Of a stretch of DNA of 32,150 nucleotides, positions 17,738 through 25,833 are shown piece by piece. Source of the stretch: Candidatus Eiseniibacteriota bacterium. GTDB lineage: Bacteria; Eisenbacteria; RBG-16-71-46; SZUA-252. A program made the translations under genes and the position numbers. The first letter of the stretch is position 1, and each line of letters begins with the position of its first letter. The stretch lies in contig JANOOP010000193.1 in the NCBI GenBank assembly GCA_031421415.1, positions 1-32,150 on the forward strand. The letters are read 5' to 3'. The notes under the pieces were generated by a model. The model saw only the letters and a program-made list of their open reading frames with translations, was not told where the DNA came from and did no database searches.

Positions 17738-17773
17738 ACCGGCGCTCCGGAAACGGGGCGCCGGTTTTCATTT
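17738..17773 (+). terminator. Rho-independent terminator after the Fe-S carrier gene
   Basis: 12-bp stem ACCGGCGCTCCG / CGGGGCGCCGGT with one G-U pair, GAAA tetraloop (17750-17753), followed by TTTCATTT. Confidence 0.8.
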
Positions 17774-17817
17774 GGTGCGCCCGGCGGGCCGCCGCGCGCC
17801 GGGCGCCGCGGGAGCGA

Positions 17818-18135
17818 ATGGGGAGGGACATGGCGGAATTCCACAAGGTGGCGAGAACGGACGACGTCGTCGAAGGGAAGGGGACGATCGTCAGCGTGAA
17901 CGAGTTGAAGATCGCCCTCTTCCGATGCGACGGCGCGGTCTACGCCATCCGGAACCAGTGTCCCCACATGGGAGGCAATCTGGGAGAGGGCTCGCTGACC
18001 GGCGAGGTCGTCCGCTGTCCGGATCACGGCTGGCCCATCAACGTGAAGACCGGGCAGCATCCACAGGCGCCGGTGGTCGCGGTGCGCACCTTCCCCGTGA
18101 AGGAAGAAGGAGGCGAGGTCTATGTCGAGGTCTGA
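17818..18135 (+). CDS. Small Rieske [2Fe-2S] protein (NirD-like), 105 aa
   Basis: Rieske ligands CPHMGG ... CPDHGW. Alternative start at ATG 17830 (MAEFHKV), preceded by GGAGGG. Confidence 0.8.
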   Translation: MGRDMAEFHKVARTDDVVEGKGTIVSVNELKIALFRCDGAVYAIRNQCPHMGGNLGEGSLTGEVVRCPDHGWPINVKTGQHPQAPVVAVRTFPVKEEGGEVYVEV

Positions 18136-19450
18136 GGCGGGAGAGGCGGGCCCGGTGGCGGCGGCGCGCACGAGGGGAAGCGATCCATTTCACGCGGATG
18201 CGGCGCGCCTTCGTTTCGCGGCCCTTCGAGCGGCGGGCGCCCCGGTCTTCTTCGACAACGCCGCGGGGGCGCAGGCGCCCGACGAGGTCGTCGCGGCCGT
18301 CCGCGAGCACCTGGAGCGGCGAAACGTGCAGCGTGGCGGCCGCTACGACCGCTCCCGCGCCGTCGACGCCATGATCCTCGCGACGCGCCGCCGGCTGGCG
18401 GCGTTCCTGAACGCGGCCGGGCCCGAGGAAATCTTCTTCGGACAGAACTCGACCTCCGTGATGCGGACCGTGGCCGAGGCCATTCGCCCGACATTGAAGC
18501 CAGGCGACCGGGTCGTCGTCACCGAGCTCGATCACGAGGCGAACGTCGGCCCGTGGCTGAGGCTGGAGCGAAGCGGCGTGGAGCCGCGCTGGTGGAAGAC
18601 GCGCGGTGGCGCCGAGGCGCGCCTGGAGCTGGACGATCTGGCCGCGATCCTCCGCGAGGGGCGCGTGCGAATCGTGGCCCTCCCGCTCGCGTCGAACACG
18701 AGCGGAAGGCTGGTCGACGTCGCCGCCGCCGCCCGGCTGGCGCGCGAGCATGGAGCCTGGACGTTCGTGGACGCCGTCCACTACGGGCCGCACGGACCGA
18801 TCGACGTCCAGGCGCTCGGCGCCGATTTCCTCGCCTTCTCCGGCTACAAGATCTTCGGCCCCCACATGGGATTCCTATGGGGACGGCGCGAGCTGTTGAA
18901 CGCGCTCGAGCCGGCGCGGGAGCACTTCATTCCAGCCACGACGCCCTACGCCTACGAGGCGGGGACGCAGAACTTCGAGGGAATGGCGGGCCTGTCGGCG
19001 GCGATGCACTACCTTGCCACCGCGGAGGAGTCGGCCGTGCCGGCGCTCCCCGACCTCGAAACTTGCAACGAGAAGGAAGCCGCGGCGCTCGGCGCGTCCC
19101 TCGGCCGCACGATGGCGCGGATCCGTGCCTACGAGATGGTTCTCGCCGCGCGGCTGCTGGAAGCGGTGCTCGAGGTCCCGGGCGTCTCGATCCTGGGCGA
19201 TGCCGATCCGTCGCGAGTCGACGCTCGCGTTCCCACCGTCTCCTTCGCGGTGGCGGGGAAGACGCCCGCCACCATCGTCGATCGCCTCGCCGCCCACGGC
19301 ATTCACGCTCGCGAGGGGCACATGTACGCGCCCCGTCTCCTGCGCGCCGCCGGATTCGACCCCGATGCCGGCGTGGCGCGCGTGAGCCTCTGCCACTACA
19401 ACACCGTCTCGGAGATCGAGCGGTTCGCCCAGGCGATTCGCGTCCTCTAG
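18122..19450 (+). CDS. Class V PLP aminotransferase, cysteine-desulfurase-like (SufS/CsdA relatives), 442 aa
   Basis: FFDNAAGAQAP, ELDHEANV, PLASNTSG, FVDAVHYGPH, PLP lysine context FSGYKIFGP, C-terminal RVSLCHYNTVSEIERF. ATG 18122 overlaps the Rieske gene by 14 nt. Confidence 0.8.
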   Translation: MSRSEAGEAGPVAAARTRGSDPFHADAARLRFAALRAAGAPVFFDNAAGAQAPDEVVAAVREHLERRNVQRGGRYDRSRAVDAMILATRRRLAAFLNAAGPEEIFFGQNSTSVMRTVAEAIRPTLKPGDRVVVTELDHEANVGPWLRLERSGVEPRWWKTRGGAEARLELDDLAAILREGRVRIVALPLASNTSGRLVDVAAAARLAREHGAWTFVDAVHYGPHGPIDVQALGADFLAFSGYKIFGPHMGFLWGRRELLNALEPAREHFIPATTPYAYEAGTQNFEGMAGLSAAMHYLATAEESAVPALPDLETCNEKEAAALGASLGRTMARIRAYEMVLAARLLEAVLEVPGVSILGDADPSRVDARVPTVSFAVAGKTPATIVDRLAAHGIHAREGHMYAPRLLRAAGFDPDAGVARVSLCHYNTVSEIERFAQAIRVL

Positions 19451-19451
19451 C

Positions 19452-21500
19452 ATGGGCACGGCCTCTTTCCTGCAGGACCTCGTCATCACGCTGACGGCGG
19501 CACTGCTCGTGCTCCTGCCCAGCCGCCGGCTGCGCCTGCCGTCGGCGGTCGGGTTCATGCTCACGGGGATCCTGATCGGCCCCGGCGGATTCCGGCTGGT
19601 GAGCGATCCGCATCACGTCGAAATCCTGGCCGACATCGGCGTCGCGGTGCTCCTCTTCATGATCGGCCTGGAGTTCTCTCTGGCCCGGCTGAAGGAGATT
19701 TGGCGAGCCTTCCTCCTGGCCGGCCCGCTCCAAGTCGTGGGGACCATCGCGGCCATCGCCGCGCTCCTCCTGGCGCTGCCGGTCGGCGCGACGCTCCCGA
19801 AGGCGGTCTTCGCCGGCATGCTCATCGCGCTCTCCTCCACGGCCATGATTCTCCGCCTCCTCGCCGAGCGCGGAGAGACGCACGCGCCGCAGGGACGGCT
19901 CCTCCTGGGGATCCTCCTCTTCCAGGACGTGGCCATCGTGCCGATGCTCATCGCGACGCCAATCTTAGCGGGGACGAGCCGGCTGGCGTTGGGGCCGGGG
20001 CTCCTCCTGGGCGTGGCCGCGATCGTCGCCCTCTTCCTCCTCGCGCGCTACGGCATGCCGCGGCTGGTGAACGCGGTGATCCGGAGCGGCGTGCGGGAGC
20101 TCTACGTGATGATGGCGGTCGCGATCTGCCTGGGCGCCTCGCTCATCACGGGCGCGCTCGGACTTTCGCCGGCGCTCGGCGCCTTCCTGGGCGGACTGCT
20201 TGTCAGCGAGTCGGAATACTCGCACCAGATCGTCGCGGAGATCCTTCCGTTCCGCGACCTCTTCAGCAGCGTCTTCTTCATCTCGATCGGGATGCTCCTC
20301 GTCCCGGCTGCGCTTCTGTCGATGGCGGGTCCGGTTGGCGGCTGGCTCGTCCTCTCCATGGCCGTGAAGGCCGTGGTCGCGGGGGGAATCGTCCGGCTCC
20401 TCGGCTTTCCGCTCCGGATCGCCGTGGTCGTGGGAATCTCCCTGGCGCAGGTGGGAGAGTTCTCGTTCGTCCTCGCGCGGATCGGGCTGGACCAGGGGCT
20501 CCTCTCCGCGGCGCAGAGCCAGCAGTTCATCGCCGTCGCGGTCATCTCGCTCATCCTGACGCCGTTTCTCTTGAGCGGAGCGGCCTGGGCAGGCGCGCAC
20601 ACGGGAACGCACGTTCATCTCCCTCCCGCGGGGGTCTCCGCGGAGGGGCGCATCTCCGGCGCGGCGATTCCGGCGATCGATGCGGGTGCCGCCACGTCGG
20701 CGGCGGCGAAGGGGGCGGGCGCGGAGCCGCCGCTGCGCGACCACGTCATCGTCGCCGGCTACGGCGTGAACGGCAGGAACGTCGCCCGCGTCCTGCGCGA
20801 GGTCGGCGTACCCTACGTCGTCCTCGAACTTGACACCGCCATCATCCGCCGCGCGCGGGAAGCCGGGGAGAGAGTCCACTTCGGCGACGTCTCGCGTCCG
20901 GAGGGGCTCCGCGACTGCGGTCTCGATCGCGCGTCGGTGGTGGTTTTGGCCATCTCCGATCCGGCGGCCACGCGGTTCGCCGTACACCAGGCCCGCCAGA
21001 GCAACCCCCGCGTCTACATCATCGCGCGCACGCGGCTCGTCGCGGAGGTGAAGGAACTTTACCGGCTCGGCGCGGACGAGGTGATCCCCGAGGAATTCGA
21101 GACCTCGATCGCGATCCTGGCGCGCGTGCTCCGGCGCTTCCACGTTCCCGCGAACGTCGTCCGGCTCCAAGAGCAGGCACTGCGGCAGGAGGGGTACTCG
21201 TTCTTACGCGGAGGCGACATCACGGGGTCGCTCATGACGTCGGTCACGCGGATGATCGCCGGCGCCACGACCGATACCTACTATCTGGATCCCGGATCGC
21301 CGGCGGTGGGGAAGACCCTCGCGGAACTCGATCTTCGCGGCCGGACGCGGGCCCTTGTCATCGCCGTGGTGCGGGACGGCAAGCACACGCTCGGTCCCGA
21401 GGCCGACTTTGTCTTTCAGGCGGGAGACATTCTCGTCCTGGTGGGGGACCACCAGTCGCTCGACGCGGCGTACGGCGTGCTGGGGGGAGTGGGCGCCTAG
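19452..21500 (+). CDS. Kef-type monovalent cation:proton antiporter (CPA2) with RCK/TrkA-N and TrkA-C domains, 682 aa
   Basis: About 12 TM segments in an Na_H exchanger-like body. Rossmann HVIVAGYGVNGRNVARVL, then a TrkA-C-like end (ELDLRGRTRALVIAVVRDG...GDILVLVG). Starts 1 nt after the upstream stop. Confidence 0.85.
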   Translation: MGTASFLQDLVITLTAALLVLLPSRRLRLPSAVGFMLTGILIGPGGFRLVSDPHHVEILADIGVAVLLFMIGLEFSLARLKEIWRAFLLAGPLQVVGTIAAIAALLLALPVGATLPKAVFAGMLIALSSTAMILRLLAERGETHAPQGRLLLGILLFQDVAIVPMLIATPILAGTSRLALGPGLLLGVAAIVALFLLARYGMPRLVNAVIRSGVRELYVMMAVAICLGASLITGALGLSPALGAFLGGLLVSESEYSHQIVAEILPFRDLFSSVFFISIGMLLVPAALLSMAGPVGGWLVLSMAVKAVVAGGIVRLLGFPLRIAVVVGISLAQVGEFSFVLARIGLDQGLLSAAQSQQFIAVAVISLILTPFLLSGAAWAGAHTGTHVHLPPAGVSAEGRISGAAIPAIDAGAATSAAAKGAGAEPPLRDHVIVAGYGVNGRNVARVLREVGVPYVVLELDTAIIRRAREAGERVHFGDVSRPEGLRDCGLDRASVVVLAISDPAATRFAVHQARQSNPRVYIIARTRLVAEVKELYRLGADEVIPEEFETSIAILARVLRRFHVPANVVRLQEQALRQEGYSFLRGGDITGSLMTSVTRMIAGATTDTYYLDPGSPAVGKTLAELDLRGRTRALVIAVVRDGKHTLGPEADFVFQAGDILVLVGDHQSLDAAYGVLGGVGA

Positions 21501-23683
21501 GAAGGCGCCGCGCTCGCCGGCGCGGCTTCCGCCTCGGCGACGACGGCGGCCACGGTGGAGGGCCGCCGGCCATACGTCCAGGTCGCCCAGACGACGAACG
21601 CCAGGACCGCGATGCTCTCGAGGAGATAGCGCATGTCGAAGTAGTAGGTCGAGAACTCGATGACGTGGCTGAACGACGCCAGGAGCAGGAGCCCGATCGG
21701 AATGTCGTCGCGCTTCTCCCACAGGAAGGCCGCCACCGTCAGGAACGAGAAGTAGTAGCAGGTCAGCTCCATGCTTACCGCGATCACGCCGAAGCCGAAC
21801 GCCGCCAGGACCCACCACTCCATCTCGCGCCGCACCCCCCAGCAAAGGAGCGCCAGGTAGGCGGCGACCAGCACCAGGAAGAGGGGCTGTCCGAACGCGC
21901 CGCGGAAGGTGTTCTTGCGCGCCTCCCGGAAATTATGGAACGGATCGGCCGAGCGGGGGTCGTAGGTCGCCTTCTGGCGCGTCTCCCACCGGAATCCGAC
22001 CACGGTGCGAAGGCCCATGTAGTTTGTCAGCGGCGAGCCGGCATGCTTCTTCGTGTTCTTGAGGAATTCCGGCCAGGCCGAAGCGCCCCCGGCCACCATG
22101 CTCGATGCCGGGAGGAGAAGGGCGGTGGCCAGCGCGGCGCCGACGACGATGCTGGCGCCGGTGCGGTCGATGCGGCGCTCGCGGAAGAGAATCCACGCGA
22201 GCCTCAGGCCGATGACGACGAAAAAGCCGACCGGAAAGACGCGAAGAAGCGTCGAGACGGCCAGGCTTGCCCCGCCAAGGGCCGGCTTGCCGCGCTTGAG
22301 AAGGCAGATGCCGGCCACGGCCCAGAGGAACCAGTCCTGCCTGAGGTAGCCGCCCCCCGTCCAGAAGTAGAGCGCCGGTTCGTTGGTCCCGAAGAAGAGG
22401 GCGGCCACGCACGCCACGCGCCAGCCGAAGGCCCAGACGATGAGGCCGAAGGTGATCAGCAGGAGCGCGGGGTCGATCCAGCCGAGGAAGCCGACGATGA
22501 GCGAATCGGAGGCCGGCCCCAGATTCGCGAGGAGCGACCCGGCCATGTTCCAGACGGGCGAAGGATTGTAGCCGTGATCCTGCAGCATCTTCTCCCAACC
22601 GACGATGCCCGCGCGGTCGCGGAAATACGCGATGTCGTGCTTGAAATCCTCCCAGCGCTGGGGCGTGAACGGACGGAGGAAGCCGCGCTTGAAGCGCTCC
22701 GGGTCCTCCAGGACATACGTGGCCGGAACGATCTCGTTCTTTCTCAGGTCCCGAATCGTGCGCAACTCCACGCGTCGGCGGAATCCCTGCTCCGCCTCGG
22801 CCAGGTTGGCGCATTCGTAGAGGTGCGTGTAGCCGAGTTCCGGAAAGTATTTCGCGCCGATGAAGTAGTGGAAGAACTCGTGAACGTGGATGCGCTTCGG
22901 GAAGTGGTAGGCGCCCCCGTTGTAGTAGCCGAAGAAGCCGAGAAGTCCCAGCGTGAGGAGGAGTCCGTCGCGGAGCCGCCGGAAGCGCTCCGGCGCGCCG
23001 CGGCGCTTCAGGACGAGGCCCCACCACAAGAGAGCGGCCCCGAGGAACGCCAGCAGCGCCTTGAGGATGTTCGTGTCGTGGCGCGTGAGATGGTGCCAGG
23101 AGCGCGGCGAACTCGGAGGGGGCGGCGCCTCCGCGGCCACAACCGGCGGAGCGGGCCAGTCGATGGGAATTTCGCAGAACAGCTGCACCTCGGACAACGA
23201 GCGCGAACCGTTGCCCATCGCTTCGCCGAAGCGCACGAAGCGGCCATGGACGCCCGAGAAGAGCGTGGAACGGAGCTGCATGCCGCGGCCCTTCGCTCCC
23301 ACTTTCGGAACGGCCCAGATTTCCCGGAAGGCCGCGCCGTCGTCCGAGACCTGGAGCGAGAAGCCGTTCCAGGCATCGCCTTGAACCAGCGCGGCCGCGA
23401 TCGGCATGTCGGCGCCGAGATCGAAGGTGAGGGAGCCCGCGGCGGTCAGGAACCTCACGCCGCTCCCCGCGCGCCAGGTCGCTCCTTCGGCGACGCCGGC
23501 GCCGTCCACCGCCAGCCTCGGCGATCCCTCCACGTCGAGCGAATCGACGAGACGCGCCGTGGCCAGAAGATTGCCTGGAGGGCAGGCCGGGGTGGCGGGT
23601 TGCGCGAGGGAGGAGACCGCCGGGACCGAGGCGAGGAGCACGCCGAGGAGAACCGCGAGCGCCGTCCGCCGGAACAGGCTCAT
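21497..23683 (-). CDS. Polytopic membrane protein with an N-terminal secreted discoidin (F5/8 type C, galactose-binding-like) domain, 728 aa
   Basis: Signal peptide MSLFRRTALAVLLGVLLASVPAVSSLA. Cys-bracketed domain of about 150 aa (LAVDGAGVAEGATW, FSLQVSDDGAAFREIW, GRFVRFGEAMGNGSRSLSEVQLFC). More than 10 hydrophobic segments follow. Alternative GTG start at 23734 overlaps the upstream gene. Confidence 0.7.
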   Translation of the reverse strand: MSLFRRTALAVLLGVLLASVPAVSSLAQPATPACPPGNLLATARLVDSLDVEGSPRLAVDGAGVAEGATWRAGSGVRFLTAAGSLTFDLGADMPIAAALVQGDAWNGFSLQVSDDGAAFREIWAVPKVGAKGRGMQLRSTLFSGVHGRFVRFGEAMGNGSRSLSEVQLFCEIPIDWPAPPVVAAEAPPPPSSPRSWHHLTRHDTNILKALLAFLGAALLWWGLVLKRRGAPERFRRLRDGLLLTLGLLGFFGYYNGGAYHFPKRIHVHEFFHYFIGAKYFPELGYTHLYECANLAEAEQGFRRRVELRTIRDLRKNEIVPATYVLEDPERFKRGFLRPFTPQRWEDFKHDIAYFRDRAGIVGWEKMLQDHGYNPSPVWNMAGSLLANLGPASDSLIVGFLGWIDPALLLITFGLIVWAFGWRVACVAALFFGTNEPALYFWTGGGYLRQDWFLWAVAGICLLKRGKPALGGASLAVSTLLRVFPVGFFVVIGLRLAWILFRERRIDRTGASIVVGAALATALLLPASSMVAGGASAWPEFLKNTKKHAGSPLTNYMGLRTVVGFRWETRQKATYDPRSADPFHNFREARKNTFRGAFGQPLFLVLVAAYLALLCWGVRREMEWWVLAAFGFGVIAVSMELTCYYFSFLTVAAFLWEKRDDIPIGLLLLASFSHVIEFSTYYFDMRYLLESIAVLAFVVWATWTYGRRPSTVAAVVAEAEAAPASAAPS

Positions 23684-23726
23684 CGGGGGCCGCGCGATCG
23701 CGTGGGAACGCGACCGGCCGCGCGGA

Positions 23727-24344
23727 CTACGCACCCGGCAGGATCCCCATCCAGTCCCGCATCAGGAACTGCATGCGGGCGATGAGGAGCGAAACGCGCG
23801 CCATCACGGTGTAGCCGAACGACGCGCCGAAGGCGACCATGAGGAACCAGATTCCCGTGCGCGCGCTGAAGCCATGGAGCCCCTTGTGGGGCGCGGAGAA
23901 GAAGAAGTAGGCGAGAACGCTGAGGAAGCCGAGCAGAATCAGGCCGGAATTGACGGCGCCCCAGCCGGGCTGAAACGGTTTCACCGCGTCGGCCAGCTGC
24001 GCGAAGATCTGCGCTTGGAGATACGACGGTACGGCGATCCCCGAGTAGATTCCCACGTAGAACGCGAGCGACCAGCGCGCCAGACCCGAGGTGCGTTCCC
24101 AGGCCCGCCCGAGAATCAGGATCCCCAGCACGAGCGGGACGAAGGGGAGGAGTTCCCCGTGCCCGATCTTCTCGATCACGTTGGGCCGGAAGACGTTTTG
24201 GTACTGCACGGCAAGAAGGTAGCCGGCGGAGGCCCCGACGAAGAGGTGCTCCGCGAATCGGTAGAACGGATTGTCGCGGTAGAGGAACGAGAAGACGCAG
24301 AGCGTCAGGAGCGCCGCGACCCAGGTGCCGATATCGTGGCTCAC
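23727..24344 (-). CDS. Integral membrane protein of unknown family, about 6 TM, 205 aa (module B')
   Basis: Hydrophobic periodicity with coding-like GC3. GTG start overlaps the upstream stop (GTGA). Confidence 0.65.
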   Translation of the reverse strand: MSHDIGTWVAALLTLCVFSFLYRDNPFYRFAEHLFVGASAGYLLAVQYQNVFRPNVIEKIGHGELLPFVPLVLGILILGRAWERTSGLARWSLAFYVGIYSGIAVPSYLQAQIFAQLADAVKPFQPGWGAVNSGLILLGFLSVLAYFFFSAPHKGLHGFSARTGIWFLMVAFGASFGYTVMARVSLLIARMQFLMRDWMGILPGA

Positions 24345-25195
24345 GCGCCGCCCCCGATCCGGCGTCTCAGCCCGCCCGTCGCGAAGAGCGCCACGTTTCC
24401 GAGCAGAACAAGAATCACGACGATCACGTGGACGAGGCTCTGGGCGTCCATCCCCCGGCGTGCGTCCCCGATGATCCCCATGAGCCGTTCATATTCCGCC
24501 GCTCCCTTCATGCCGCCGATCAGTCCGAGGAGCTGGCGCGACGAGAGGTAGGGATAGTAGTCGGTCGCCATGACCGCGGTGGCGCCGAGGATCATCGGAC
24601 GGTGATAGCGGCTCGCGGCGATGCGAATGTAATAGTCGGCGATGGACGATCCGGAGAGGTTGATCAGGAGCGGAAAGTCGGCGTACGAGTTCACCCGTTG
24701 CATCAGGGGGATGGAGTCGGTGCGGACGCCATAGAAGTCGCGGGGGAAGAGTCCCCGGATGTTCTCTCCCAGCCCCAGAATGACCGCTTGGTTCCCCGAT
24801 TTGTACCCGAGGAAGACGTAGTCCTCGTACCGCTTTTTCCCCTCGGCGGCCGTAGCCACCGCGAGCGCCTGCTCGACCAGGCGCGGTCCCGCGGGATAGA
24901 GCGTCAGAATGACGGGTTTCAGATTCCGGCGGAAGCAGTGGCGGAGCACCGCGATCGACATCGGCTGAAGCTCGGCCATGATGTCGGGCTCGTAGTCGAT
25001 CGACATGAGGATGATCGATCCCTCCGGCACGGCTTCGATCGCGTCGTAGGCAGCCTGCACGCGCGGCGACGGTGTCACCGGAAGGTTCACCGGGAAGAGG
25101 AGCGGAAGCACGGTCCCCAGTCCGACCAGGACGAAGATCCAGCGGCGATCGATGCCGAGAATCCGCTGCCAGATGCCGTTCGGGGTCGCGGCCAC
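24341..25195 (-). CDS. Bitopic membrane protein of unknown family: N-terminal TM, about 220-aa globular domain, C-terminal TM, 284 aa (module A')
   Basis: TM1 RRWIFVLVGLGTVLPLLF and C-terminal TM LVHVIVVILVLLGNVALFATGG followed by RRRIGG. GTG start 3 nt after the upstream stop, with GGAGG 9 nt upstream. Confidence 0.65.
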   Translation of the reverse strand: MAATPNGIWQRILGIDRRWIFVLVGLGTVLPLLFPVNLPVTPSPRVQAAYDAIEAVPEGSIILMSIDYEPDIMAELQPMSIAVLRHCFRRNLKPVILTLYPAGPRLVEQALAVATAAEGKKRYEDYVFLGYKSGNQAVILGLGENIRGLFPRDFYGVRTDSIPLMQRVNSYADFPLLINLSGSSIADYYIRIAASRYHRPMILGATAVMATDYYPYLSSRQLLGLIGGMKGAAEYERLMGIIGDARRGMDAQSLVHVIVVILVLLGNVALFATGGLRRRIGGGA

Positions 25196-25198
25196 GGC

Positions 25199-25816
25199 TC
25201 AGGACCTCCCCAGGTAGGAGCGGTCGATGCCGAGAATGATCTTGAGCGCGGTGGAGATGGCGCCCAGTCCCACCCCGATCGCCACGGCGCGCTTGGCCGC
25301 GAGATTCGGCACGTCCAGAAGCCACTCGGTGAGGGGCGGAAAGCCCTTCCAGATGAACTCCCCGATGGAGACGCGCCCGACCATCATGACGATGGCGGTC
25401 AGGAGCAGGAGCGTCGCTTCGATGTTGCGCGCGCGAAAGGCGCGAAACGCGGCCGACGCGATGAAGAAGGCGAGGAGCGAGAACATGGTCGAGGCCAGCG
25501 GCGCGTTGACCGAGTCGTAGATTTTCCCGACGATCGTCTCCCCCCCGACCCCCTGCGTGACGCCGAGCACTGTGACGAGCGCCAGGGCCGTGAGCGTCAC
25601 CGCGCTGTAGGGCCACCCCTCGGCCCGCTGCTGGAGCTTCTTCTGGTGCGATATCCAGAGCGAGATCGATCCCAGGAGCAGCGCGAACGCATAGACGATG
25701 TCGGCCCACTCCAAGATCACCGACTGGGTCTGCTGGGCGGCGCGATTCGGGATGAAGAAGATGGCGATGAGCGTGGCGCCGGTCAGGAAGGTGACGACGA
25801 TGGGTCCGAGGCGCAT
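25199..25816 (-). CDS. Integral membrane protein of unknown family, about 6 TM, 205 aa (module B)
   Basis: ATG start 17 nt after the upstream stop. Six hydrophobic segments. Confidence 0.65.
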   Translation of the reverse strand: MRLGPIVVTFLTGATLIAIFFIPNRAAQQTQSVILEWADIVYAFALLLGSISLWISHQKKLQQRAEGWPYSAVTLTALALVTVLGVTQGVGGETIVGKIYDSVNAPLASTMFSLLAFFIASAAFRAFRARNIEATLLLLTAIVMMVGRVSIGEFIWKGFPPLTEWLLDVPNLAAKRAVAIGVGLGAISTALKIILGIDRSYLGRS

Positions 25817-25833
25817 GGGCCGCCGCTACGCTC

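Noticed and set aside
15586-18171. 861-aa minus-strand ORF
   Set aside because: It lies antisense to pyruvate kinase, the Fe-S carrier and the Rieske gene, and it crosses a strong plus-strand terminator. Its composition is not protein-like.
23684-23734. Longer N-terminus (GTG 23734) and a possible twin-arginine signal (LFRRTAL) for the discoidin protein
   Set aside because: The RR context lacks the S/T-R-R-x-F-L-K consensus. The shorter ATG start gives a classic Sec signal peptide. I kept the longer form only as an alternative start.
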